Shown here: positions 47,916 through 58,570 of the stretch, in pieces
Layout of the letters: every line of letters starts with the position of its first letter
Numbering within the stretch: position 1 is the first letter of the stretch
Assembly (NCBI GenBank): GCA_030390025.1
Contig: CM059431.1
Coordinates: forward strand, 148,678,001 to 148,742,000
Direction of reading: 5' to 3'
DNA: 64,000 nucleotides
From: Squalus acanthias
Lineage: Eukaryota
Position numbers and translations under genes: made by a program
The notes under the pieces: model-generated
What the model was told of the DNA's origin: nothing
Seen by the model: the letters and a program-made list of their open reading frames with translations, nothing else
The model's database searches: none

Positions 47916-48842
47916 ATGGCAGGGGAGGCAGTGAAATGTTCCTCCTGCAGAATGTTTGAGCTGAGGGACGCCGTAGGTGTCCCTGCTGATTACACCTGTG
48001 GGAAGTGCACCCATCTCCAGCTCCTCGAAAACCGTGTTAGGGAACTGGAGCTGGAGCTGGATGAACTTCGGATCATTCGGGAGGCAGAGGAGGTCATTGA
48101 TAGAAGCTTCAGCGATGTAATTACTCCAAAGCATGAAGATAGATGTGTGACGGTGAGAGGGGCTAGGAGGAAGCAGTCAGTGCAGGGATCCTCTGTGGTC
48201 GTTCCCCTCAGTAACAGGTATACCGCTTTGAATACTGTTGACGGGGACGACTTACCAGTGGTAAGCCACGGTGACCGGATCTCCGGCGCTGGGTCCGTCC
48301 CTGTGGCTCAGAAGGGAAGGGGGGAGAGCAGGAGAGCAATAGTTATTGGGGACTCAATAGTCAGAGGGACAGATAGGAGGTTCTGTGGCAGCAAAAGAGA
48401 CTCACGGATGGTATGTTGCCTCCCGGGTTCCAGGGTCCGTGACGTCTCGGACCGTGTTTTCAGAATCCTCAAAGGGGAAGGGGAACAATCACAAGTCGTG
48501 GTACACATCGGTACCAACGACATAGGTAGGAGAAGGGACGGGGATTTAAAACAGGAATTTAGGGAGCTAGGTTGGAAGCTGAGAGCCAGTACAAACCATG
48601 TTGTAATTTCTGGTTTGTTGCCGCAGCCACGTGCTAGCGAGTTGAGGAACAGGGAGAGAGTCCAGATAAACACGTGGCTGCAGGGATGGTGTAGGCGGGA
48701 GGGTTTCAGTTATGTGGAGAATTGGAGCACATTCTGGGGAAGGTGGGACCTGTACAAACAGGACGGTTTGCACCTGAACCAGAGGGGCACCAATATTCTG
48801 GGAGGGAAATTTGCTACGGCTCTTCGGGGGGGTTTAAACTAA
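47916..48842 (+). CDS. CR1 ORF1p (Cys motif, coiled coil, SGNH esterase-like domain)
   Basis: CSSC..CGKC, heptad leucines, IGDSIV, HIGTND, DGLHLN. Confidence 0.93.
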   Translation: MAGEAVKCSSCRMFELRDAVGVPADYTCGKCTHLQLLENRVRELELELDELRIIREAEEVIDRSFSDVITPKHEDRCVTVRGARRKQSVQGSSVVVPLSNRYTALNTVDGDDLPVVSHGDRISGAGSVPVAQKGRGESRRAIVIGDSIVRGTDRRFCGSKRDSRMVCCLPGSRVRDVSDRVFRILKGEGEQSQVVVHIGTNDIGRRRDGDLKQEFRELGWKLRASTNHVVISGLLPQPRASELRNRERVQINTWLQGWCRREGFSYVENWSTFWGRWDLYKQDGLHLNQRGTNILGGKFATALRGGLN

Positions 48843-51739
48843 TTTGTCAGGGGGATGGGAAAAAGGGCTGTAGTCCACGAGCCAGTGGTGAGTGTAGGGA
48901 GGTACTGAGGAGGGTATCAAGGTCGCAGGAATGTACCGGCAGACAGGAAGATGGCTTGAAGTGTGTCTACTTCAATGCAAGGAGCATCCGGAATAAGGTG
49001 GGAGAACTTGGAGCGTGGATTGGTACTTGGGAATACGATGTGGTGGCCATTACGGAGACATGGTTAGAACAGGGACAGGAATGGTTGTTGGAAGTTCTGG
49101 GGTATAGATGTTTCAGTAAGAGTAGGGAAGTTGGTAAGAAAGGTGGAGGAGTAGCATTGTTAATCAAGGATAGTTTAACAGCGGCAGAAAGGCAGTTCGA
49201 GGGGGATCTGCCGTCTGAGGTAATATGGGCTGAAGTTAGAAATAGGAAAGGAGCGGTCACGTTGTTAGGAGTTTTCTACAGGCCCCCAAATAGTAATAAA
49301 GATGTGGAGGAAGAAATTGCAAAGCAGATTATGAATAGGTGTGGAGGTCACAGAGTAGTTGTCATGGGTGACTTCAACTTTCCAAATATTGATTGGAACC
49401 TTTATAGGTCAAACAGTTCGGATGGGATAGTTTTTGCACAGTGTGTGCAGGAGGGTTTCCTGACACAATATGTGGATAGGCCGACAAGAGGTGGGGCCAC
49501 GTTGGATTTGGTACTGGGTAATGAACCGGGCCAAGTGTTTGATTTGTATGTGGGAGAGCACTTTGGAGATAGTAACCACAATTCGGTAACTTTCACTATT
49601 GCAATGGAGAGGGATAGGGCCATACGGCAGGGCAGGGTTCATAATTGGGGGAGGGGTAATTATGATGCGATGAGGCAAGAATTAGGGAGTATAAGATGGG
49701 AACAGAAACTATCAGGGAAAGGCACAAACGAAAAGTGGAGCTTTTTCATGGAGCAATTACTGCGTGTCCTTGATAGGTATGTCCCTGTCAGGCAGGGAGG
49801 AGATGGCCGAGTGAGAGAACCATGGTTCACAAAAGAGGTTGAATGTCTAGTCAAGAGGAAAAAGGAAGCGTATGTAAGGATGAGAAAACAAGGTTCAGTT
49901 GGGTCGATTGAGGGGTACAAGGTAGCAAGGAATGAGCTAAAAAAAGAGCTTAAGAGAGCTAGGAGGGGGCATGAGAAGTCCTTGGCGGGTCGGATCAAGA
50001 AAAACCCCAAGGCTTTTTACTCTTATGTGATAAATAAAAGAATGACCCGGGTGAGGGTAGGGCCGGTCAAGGACAGTAGTGGGAACTTGTGCATGGAGTC
50101 AGAAGAGATAGGAGAGGTGATGAATGAATACTTTTCGTCAGTGTTCACCGAGGAGAGGGGCCATGTTCTTGAGGATGAGAGTGTGATAAAGGTGGATAGG
50201 CTGGAGGTGGTAGATGTTCTGAGGGAAGATGTTTTAGCAATTTTGAAGAACCTGAGGGTCGATAAGTCCCCTGGGCCAGATGGGATATATCCTAGGATTC
50301 TTTGGGAGGCAAGGGAGGAGATTGCAGAGCCTCTGGCTTTGATCTTTGGGTCCTCACTGTCCACGGGGATGGTGCCAGAGGACTGGAGAGTGGCGAATGT
50401 TGTTCCTCTCTTCAAGAAAGGAAATTGGAATGACCCTGGTAATTATAGGCCGGTTAGTCTTACTTCGGTGGTTGGTAAGATAATGGAAAAGGTACTGAGG
50501 GATAGGATTTATGACCATTTGGAAAGGGGCAACTTAATCAGGGATAGTCAACACGGATTCGTGAAGGGTAAGTCTTGCCTAACAAATTTGATTGAATTAT
50601 TTGAGGAGGTAACTAAGTGTGTAGATGAAGGTAGAGCAGTTGATGTCGTATACATGGATTTTAGTAAGGCGTTTGATAAGGTTCCCCATGGTCGTCTCAT
50701 GAAGAAAGTAAGGAGTTGTGGGATAGAGGGAAATTTGGCCGATTGGATAAGTAACTGGCTATCTCATAGAAGGCAGAGGGTGGTGGTGGATGGAACATTT
50801 TCGGACTGGAGACCAGTTACCAGCGGTGTGCCACAGGGGTCGGTGCTGGGTCCTCTGCTGTTTGTGATTTTTATCAATGACTTGGAGGAGGGGACTGAAG
50901 GGTGGATTAGTAAATTTGCTGATGACACCAAGATTGGTGGAGTAGTGGATGAGGTGGAGGGCAGTTGTAGGCTGCAAAGAGACATTGATAGGATGCAGAG
51001 CTGGGCCGAAAAATGGCAGATGGAATTTAACCCTGATAAGTGCGAGGTGATTCATTTTGGTAGGTCAAATTTGAATAAGGATTACAGGGTCAACGGCAGG
51101 GTTCTGAGGAACGTGGAGGAGCAGAGGGATCTGGGGGTTCATATCCACAGATCTCTGAAGGTTGCCACTCAAGTGGATAGAGCAGTAAAGAAGGCCTATG
51201 GTGTGTTGGCGTTTATTAACAGAGGGTTTGAGTTTAAGAACCGTGAGGTTATGCTGCAACTGTACAGGACCTTGGTGAGACCACATTTGGAATATTGTGT
51301 GCAGTTCTGGTCACCTCACTATAGGAAGGACGTGGAAGCATTGGAAAGAGTGCAAAGGAGATTTACCAGGATGCTGCCTGATTTGGGGGGGAGGTCTTAT
51401 GAGGAAAGATTGAGGGAGTTGGGGCTTTTCTCTTTAGAGCGGAGCAGGATGAGAGGCGACTTAATAGAGGTTTATAAGATGATGAGGGGGATAGATAGAG
51501 TGGATTTTCAGAGACTATTTCCTCGGGTAGAGGCAGCTGTTACAAGGGGGCATAACTATAAGGTGCATGGGGGGAGATATAGAAGGGATGTCCGAGGTAG
51601 ATTCTTTACTCAGAGAGTGGTTGTGATGTTGAATGGACTGCCTGCTGTGATAGTGGAGTCGGACACTTTAGGAACTTTCAAGCGGTTATTGGATAAGCAC
51701 ATGGAGCACACCAGAGTGATAGGGAGTGTGATAGCTTGA
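48833..51739 (+). CDS. CR1 ORF2p (APE endonuclease plus reverse transcriptase); start shown at the ORF1 overlap because no early ATG exists
   Basis: FNARS, AITETW, GDFN, SNHN, YMDFSKAFD, QGSVLGP, FADD; uninterrupted frame. Confidence 0.93.
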   Translation, partial: FKLICQGDGKKGCSPRASGECREVLRRVSRSQECTGRQEDGLKCVYFNARSIRNKVGELGAWIGTWEYDVVAITETWLEQGQEWLLEVLGYRCFSKSREVGKKGGGVALLIKDSLTAAERQFEGDLPSEVIWAEVRNRKGAVTLLGVFYRPPNSNKDVEEEIAKQIMNRCGGHRVVVMGDFNFPNIDWNLYRSNSSDGIVFAQCVQEGFLTQYVDRPTRGGATLDLVLGNEPGQVFDLYVGEHFGDSNHNSVTFTIAMERDRAIRQGRVHNWGRGNYDAMRQELGSIRWEQKLSGKGTNEKWSFFMEQLLRVLDRYVPVRQGGDGRVREPWFTKEVECLVKRKKEAYVRMRKQGSVGSIEGYKVARNELKKELKRARRGHEKSLAGRIKKNPKAFYSYVINKRMTRVRVGPVKDSSGNLCMESEEIGEVMNEYFSSVFTEERGHVLEDESVIKVDRLEVVDVLREDVLAILKNLRVDKSPGPDGIYPRILWEAREEIAEPLALIFGSSLSTGMVPEDWRVANVVPLFKKGNWNDPGNYRPVSLTSVVGKIMEKVLRDRIYDHLERGNLIRDSQHGFVKGKSCLTNLIELFEEVTKCVDEGRAVDVVYMDFSKAFDKVPHGRLMKKVRSCGIEGNLADWISNWLSHRRQRVVVDGTFSDWRPVTSGVPQGSVLGPLLFVIFINDLEEGTEGWISKFADDTKIGGVVDEVEGSCRLQRDIDRMQSWAEKWQMEFNPDKCEVIHFGRSNLNKDYRVNGRVLRNVEEQRDLGVHIHRSLKVATQVDRAVKKAYGVLAFINRGFEFKNREVMLQLYRTLVRPHLEYCVQFWSPHYRKDVEALERVQRRFTRMLPDLGGRSYEERLRELGLFSLERSRMRGDLIEVYKMMRGIDRVDFQRLFPRVEAAVTRGHNYKVHGGRYRRDVRGRFFTQRVVVMLNGLPAVIVESDTLGTFKRLLDKHMEHTRVIGSVIA

Positions 51740-51823
51740 TCTTGGTCTCGGACAATGCTCGGCACAACATCGAGGGCCGAAGGGCCTGTACTGTGCTGTA
51801 CTGTTCTATGTATCTATGTATCT

Positions 51824-52383
51824 TCCATCTCTCTCTCTTTTGCTTCCCCATCTGCCTCCCCGTATGTCTCCATTCCGTCTGTCTCCATTCCATCTATCGC
51901 CCCCGTCTTCCTGCTTTTGTTTGCTTCCTCCCATCTATCAACAATGTCAGTCTCACCGATTTGAATCTTTTTGTGTCACCCACAATCTGTCTCTGTCCCC
52001 ATCAGTGTGTCACGCCCCTGCCGGTCTGTCACTCTCTCTCCCTAACTTCCAGCTGTCGGTCTCTCTCTGTTCCCCGAGTCCGTCTCCTCCCCATCACTCA
52101 CCCCCGTCTGTCTCTCCCTCTGTCCCCCACACTTGTACTCCGCATCTGTCTCCACCTCGTCTGTTTCCATTGTCTCTCTCTCTCTCTGTCTCTCCACCGT
52201 CTCTCTCTCTTGTGTATCCTCACGTCTGTCTCTCCCTGTATCCACACGTCTGTCTCCACCGTCCTCTCTCTCTCTTTCTGACTCCCTCGTCTGTCTCAAC
52301 ACCTGTACATCTCTCTCTCTCTCTCTCTGTCTCACCACCATTGGTCACGTTGCCTGTCTCCTCCATCTCTCGCCGTCCGCTTC

Positions 52384-52429
<46 letters not shown>

Positions 52430-52915
52430 ATTTGCCCTGCGCATACTTCTCCCCAAAGGTCTGCTACTCGCTTTGTCTCCCAGATATGTCACTCTCGCTG
52501 TCTCCACTGTCAGTCTACCCTCTCTGTCTTACGCTTTCTGTCTCTCCGGCATCTCTCTTAACCCGTCTGTCTCATTCTTTTTCTCAGCAATCCCTCGTCT
52601 GTTCCCCCACACTCCGCCGGTCTGTCTCTCTCTCTCTGTCTCAACCCCGTCTGTTCTCTTTCAGTCTTCCAACTCCCACCCACGACTTGCTCTATCCCTC
52701 TCTGTCTATCTCTCACCGTACATCTCTATCTCTCTGTCTCCACCAATCGTTCTCCTCCTCGTCTCTACTTAATTGTCATCGTCCTTTCTCTGTTTCACAC
52801 ACCATCTGTCTCTCCCACATCCCGCGGGTCTGACTTTCTCTTTCTGTCTCCTCCCATCTGTGTCCCCGTCTACCTCTCTCTCTATGTCTCCTCTCCAACC
52901 ATCATGAGGTCGTCT
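51824..52915. repeat. CT-rich degenerate satellite
   Basis: Same motifs as 45496-47720. Confidence 0.9.
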
Positions 52916-52919
52916 GTCT

Positions 52920-54999
52920 GATAAGAACATTAGAAAATAATAAGTAAGAACATGACTAGGCCAAACTACCCGTCGAACCTGCTCCGACATTCAATAAGAT
53001 CATGGCTATCATTAATCTCAAATCCACTTTCCGGCACAATCTCCATATCCATTGATTCGCCTACAATCCAAATATCTATCGAACTCAGTCTTGACTATAC
53101 TCAAAGACTCAGCATTCACAGCCCTCTGGTGCAGACAATTCCAAAAATTCACAACCCTCTGAGTGAAGAAATTCCTCCTCATCTCAGTCTTAAATGGCCT
53201 ACCCATTTTCCTGAGTCTATGCCCCCTAGTGCTAGACACTCTAGCCAGGGGAAACACCCAATCAGCATCTACCCTGTCAATCCCCTTCAGAATCGTGTAT
53301 GTTTCAACGAGATCACCTGTCATTCGTCTAAACTCCAGAGATTATAGGCCCATTCTACACAATCTCTCAACATAGGACAACCCTCTTTTCCCAGGAATCA
53401 ATCTACTGAACCTTCGTTGCATGGCCTCCAATGCAAGTATATCCTTCCTTAGATAAGAAGAATAAAACTTTTCACAGTAGTCCAGGTGTGTTCTCACTAA
53501 GGCCCTATACAATTGTAGCAAAAATTCCTTAGTCTTATACTCCAACCGCTTGCAATAAATGCCAACATGCCATTTGCCATCCTTATTGCTAGCTGTACCT
53601 GCATGCTAGCTGTCTGTGTTCCTTGCACGAGGACACGCAAATCTTTCTGAACACCAACATTTAAAAGTTTCTAACCACTGAAAAAACATTCTGCTTTTCT
53701 ATTCTTCCTTCCAAAGTGAATAACCTCTCATTTCCTGCATTATACTCCATCTGGCAAATATTTTTATTCGTTTATGGGATCAGGGCTTCGGTGGCAATGC
53801 CAACATTTATTGCCAATCCCTGGTTGCCCTTGAGAAGGTGGTGGTGAACAGCGTTCTTGAAACGAAGCAGTCCATGTGGTGAAGTTCCTCCCACAGTGCT
53901 GTTACGGAGGGAGTTCCAGGAATTAGACCCAGCGACGATGAAGGATCGGCGATATACTTCTTACTCAGGATGCTTTGTGACTTGGAGTGGAACTTGGAGT
54001 TGGTGGTGTTCCCATGAGCCTGCTGCCCTTGTCCTTCTAGGTGGAAAAGTTCGCGGGTTTGGGAGATGCTGCCGAAGAAGCCTTTGGGAGTTGCTGCAGT
54101 GCATTTCGTAGATGGTACACACTGCGGCCACGGTAAAGCGGTGGTATACGGAGTAAATGTTTAATGTGCTGAATGGGGTGCCAATCAAGCGGGCTGCTTT
54201 GCCTGGATGGTGTCGAGCTTCTTGAGTGTTGTTGGAGCTGCACTCATCCAGGCCCCCCTCACTTTGTCCAGTTATATCCCTTTGCAGACTCTTTGTGTTC
54301 TCCTCGCAGCTTACTTTCCCACCTAGCATTGTATCATCAGCAAACTTGGATACATTAAACTCGGTCCCTTCATCTGGATCATTAATATAGATTGCAAATA
54401 ACTGAGGCCTCAACACTGATCCTTGTGGCACACCACTAATTACAGCTTTCCAACCTGAAAAAGATTCTTCTATCCCTACTCTCTCTTTTCTGTCCGTTAA
54501 CGAATCCTCTATCCATGCTATTATATTCCTATCAACCCCGTGAGCCCTATCTTGTATTATAAACTTTTATGTGGCACCATATGGAATACGCTTTGGAAAT
54601 CCAAATATAGTACATCCACTGATTCCCTTTCATAAAACCATGTTGAATCTGCCTAATCATGTTTGATTTTTTAACTGCTTTGATACCACTTCCTTAACAA
54701 TGGATTTCAGCATTTTACCAACGACTGATGTCAGGCCTGTAGTTCTGCCTCCTTTCTTGAATAGTGCGGTTACCTTTGCGATCTTCCAATCCGGTGGGAC
54801 CAATAAACAATCTAGGGAATTTTGGAAGATCATAATCAAAGTATCCACTATCTCTTCAGACTCCTCTTTTAGAACCATAGGATGTATGCCTTCAGGTCCA
54901 GAGGATTTGTTGGCTTTTAATGCCATTCGTTTCTCTGGTACTTTTAGTCTACTTATATTAATTACGTTAATTTCCTCACCCTCATTAAACCCTTGGATT
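52920..54999 (-). mobile_element. Decayed CR1 RT/3' fragment
   Basis: GP.G.HP.VLKE, PQGSVL.PQLF, FADD, GDL.ETY.ILKG; tail near 52920. Confidence 0.88.
53760..54254 (-). mobile_element. Second LINE family 3' end inserted in a CR1
   Basis: Homologous to 30975-31470; KAARLIGTP. Confidence 0.82.
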
Positions 55000-55423
55000 G
55001 AAAGAAGACGCCTATTATGTTGCAAATAATAATAGTAAGCCTGAGGATTGGGAGAGTTTCAGAAACCAGCAACGGCTGACCCACAAATAGAAAAAATGGA
55101 AAAAATAGAATATGAGAGAAAACTAGCAAGAAATAGCAAAGCAGATTGTAAGAGTTTTTACAAGTATGTAAAAAGGTAAAGAGTAGCAAAAGTAAACGTT
55201 GGTCCCTTAGAGGCTGAGACAGGAGAAAATATTATGGGGAATATGAAATTGGCAGAAAAGTTAAACATATGTTTTGTATCTGCCTTCACAGCAGAAAACA
55301 CAAAAAGCATACCAAAAATGGTGGGGAACCAAGGTTCTAATGAGGGTGCGGAACTTAACGTAATTAATATAAAAATGAGAAGACACACAACACCAGGTTA
55401 TGGTCCAACAGATTTATTTATAA

Positions 55424-55461
55424 TTACAAGCTTTCGGAGCTGTTGCCCCTTCGTCAGGTAA
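55424..55461 (-). ncRNA. Minimal type I hammerhead ribozyme motif
   Basis: UUAC-CUGACGA-A-GGGGC(AACA)GCUCC-GAAA-GC-UU-GUAA. Confidence 0.75.
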
Positions 55462-57084
55462 AGGTACAATGAGGGATTAACAGTATTACACAGTATATAA
55501 ACACAGAAAGCAATTTGTCTGCAGAGATGCAATCTTTCAGGGAGGCATTGCATCAAAGACACACCAGAGCACAGCCAAGACAATGAGATGGGTCACAGGG
55601 GATCCAACGTGTCAAATCCTGCCGTCTGCAGTTGAGCTTTTAACCTTGTTTTTTGTGTTTTTATTTAAAACTGGAAAGACAGACAACGATGTCGAGTCAC
55701 GTTCTGTAGCGTGACATGAACCCAATATCCCTATTGAGGCCGTCCTCATGGGTGCGGAACTTGACTATCAGGTTCTGCTCGATAATTTTGCGTTGTCGTG
55801 TGTCTCAAAGGCCGCCTTGGAGAATACTAACCCGCAGATCCGAGGCTGAATGTCCTTGACTGCTGAAGTGTTCCCCGACTGGAATGTAACAATCCTGCCT
55901 GGCGATTGTTGCGCGGTGTCCGTTCATACATTGTCTCAGTGTCTGCATGGTCTCACCGAAGTACCATGCTCTGGGGCATCACATCCTGCAATGTATCAGG
56001 TAGACAACGTTGGCCGAGTCACATGAGTATGCACCATGTACCTGGTGGGTAGTGTCCTCACGTGTGATGATGGTATCTGTGTTGATGATCTGGCATGTCT
56101 TGCAGAGGTTGCCGTGGCAGGGTTGTGTGGTGTCGTGGTAGCTGTTCTCCTGAAGGCTGGGTAATTTGCTGCGAACGATGGTACTTTTGAGGTTAGGCGG
56201 CTGCTTGAAGGCGAGTAGTGGAGGCCTGGGGATGCCCTTAGCAAGGTGTTCGTCATCATCGATTACATGTTGAAGGCTGCGAAGAAGATGGCGTAGTTTC
56301 TCTGCTAAAGCCATCCCCACGCCTCCATTACTCGTCTTCAAGCAGCCGCCTAACCTCAAAAGTACCATCGTTTGCAGCAAATTACCCAATTGTCAGGAGA
56401 ACAGCGACCACAACACCACACAACCCTGCCACGGCAACATCTGCAAGACATGCCAGATCACCAACACATATACCATCATCACACGTGAGGACACTACCCA
56501 CCTGGTACAGGGTACGTACTCATGTGACTCGGCAAACGTTGTCTACCTGATAGGTTGCAGGAAAGGATGCCCGGAGCATGGTACATCGGCGAGACTCTGC
56601 AGACACTGAGACAATGTATGAACGGACACCGCGCAACAATCGCCAGGCAGGAATGTTACCGCCCAGTCGGGGAACACTTCAGCAGTCAAGGATATTCAGC
56701 CTCGGATCTACGGGTTAGCGTTCTCCAAGGCGGCCTTTGAGACACACGACAACGCAAAATCATCGAGCAGAAACTGATAGCCAAGTTATGCACCCTTGAG
56801 GACGGCCTCAATAGGGATATCGGGTTCATGTGACGCTACAGAACGTGACTCGACATCGTTGTCTGTCTTTCCAGTTTAAAAAAAACCCACAAAAAACAAG
56901 GTTAAAAGCTCAACTTCAGACGGCAGGATTTGACGCGTTGGACCCCCTGTGACCCATCTCATTGTCTTGGCTGTGCTCTGGTGTGTCTTTGATGTAATGC
57001 CTCCCTGAAAGATTGTATCTCTGCAGACACATTGCTTCCTGTGTTTATATACTGTGTAATACTGTAGATTCACTCATTGTACAT

Positions 57085-57122
57085 TTACCTGACGAAGGGG
57101 AAACAGCTCCGAAAGCTTGTAA
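57085..57122 (+). ncRNA. Minimal type I hammerhead ribozyme motif
   Basis: UUAC-CUGACGA-A-GGGG(AAACAG)CUCC-GAAA-GC-UU-GUAA. Confidence 0.72.
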
Positions 57123-58570
57123 TTTTAAATAAATCTGTTGTCTATAACATGGTGTTGTGCGACTTCTCATTTTTGTCCACCCCAGTCCAGCACCGGCATC
57201 TCCGCATCGTAATTAATATAAGTAGAGCAAAAGTAATAGAGAAATTAGTGGGACTAAAAGCTGACAAATACCCTGGACCTGACGGCCTACATCCTAGGGC
57301 TTTAAAAGAAATGGCTGAAGAGATAGTGGATGCATTGGTTTTGATCTTCCAAAATTCCCTAGAATCTGGAATGGTCCCAGCGGATTGGAAGGTCGCAAAT
57401 GTAACACTGCTATTCAAGAAAGGAGTGACAAAAAAACAGGGAACTACTGGCCAGTTAGCCTGACATCAGTCGACGTGAACATTCTGGAATCCATTGTTAT
57501 GGAAGTGGTATCAAGTCATTTAGAAAAGCATAACATGATTAGGCAGAGTCAACATGGTTTTTTGAAAGAAATCGTGTTTGACAACTTTTATTAGAATTTT
57601 TGGAAGATGTAACTAGCAGGGTAGTTAAAGGGGAACCAGTGAATGTAATATATTTGGGTTTCCAAAAGGCATTCGATAAGATGCCATATAAAAGGTTATT
57701 GCACAAGATTTGGACTCATGGGGTTGGGGGTAATATAATAGCATGGATAAAGGATTGGTTATCGGACAGAAAACAGAGAGTAGGGATAAACGGATCTTTT
57801 TCAGTTAGGCAGGATGTAACTATTGGGGTGCCGCAAGGTTCAGTTTTGGGTACTCAGCTATTTACAATCTTTATTAATGACCTAGATGAAGGAACCGAGC
57901 GTAATGTATCCAAGTTTGCTGATGATACCAACGCTAGGTGGGACAGTATGCTGTGAGGAGAACACAAAGAGCCTGCAAAGGCATATAGATATGCTAAGAG
58001 AATGGGCAGTAAGATGACAGATGGAGTATAATGTTGTGAAATGTGAGGTTATTGATTTTGGTGCGAAGATTGGAAAAACAGAATAATTTTTAAATGCTGA
58101 GAAACTTTCAGATGTTGGTGTTCAGAGAGTGTTGGGTGTCCTCGTGCGAGAAACACAGAAAGCTAGCATGCTGGTACAGCAAGCAATAAGGAAGGCAAAT
58201 TGTATGTTGCCCTTTATCGCAAGTGTTTCGAGTATAAGAGTAAGAATGCCTTGCTATAATTGTACAGGGTCTTAGTGTGACCACACCTGGAGTACAATGC
58301 ACTGATTTGGTTTCCTTAGCTAAGGAAAGATATCCTTGCAATGGAGACAGTATAACGAAGGTTCACTATATTGATTCCTGGGATGAGAGGGCTGTCCTTT
58401 TTGAAAGATTGTGCAGAATGGGCCAAAACTCTCTGGTGTTTAGAAGAATGAGGGGTGATCTCATTGAAACATACAAGATTCTGAAGGGGATAGACAGGGT
58501 AGCTGCTGAGAGGTTGTTCTCCTGGCTGGAGTTTCAGGATCTATGGTACATTGTTTCGGGATAAGGGGTA

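Larger units (their letters stand above)
47721..51823 (+). mobile_element. Full-length CR1 LINE with both ORFs open
   Basis: 5' UTR, ORF1, ORF2, short 3' UTR and CTATGTAT tail; 5' boundary approximate, no clear TSD. Confidence 0.95.
55373..57207. mobile_element. Penelope-like element in fold-back configuration
   Basis: GIY-YIG remnants (C.SANVVYLI.C, WYIGET.Q.LR..MN.HR) on both strands; flanked by CGTAATTAATATAA direct repeats. Confidence 0.9.
55000..58570 (+). mobile_element. Decayed CR1 split by a Penelope insertion
   Basis: LNVINI before and INISRAKV..KADK.PGPDG after the insertion; RT motifs to about 58570. Confidence 0.88.

Noticed and set aside
48860..48890. Pseudoknot downstream of the slippery site
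   Set aside because: Possible pairings are only 4 bp, loop geometry is poor and the spacing is too long; not supportable without folding analysis
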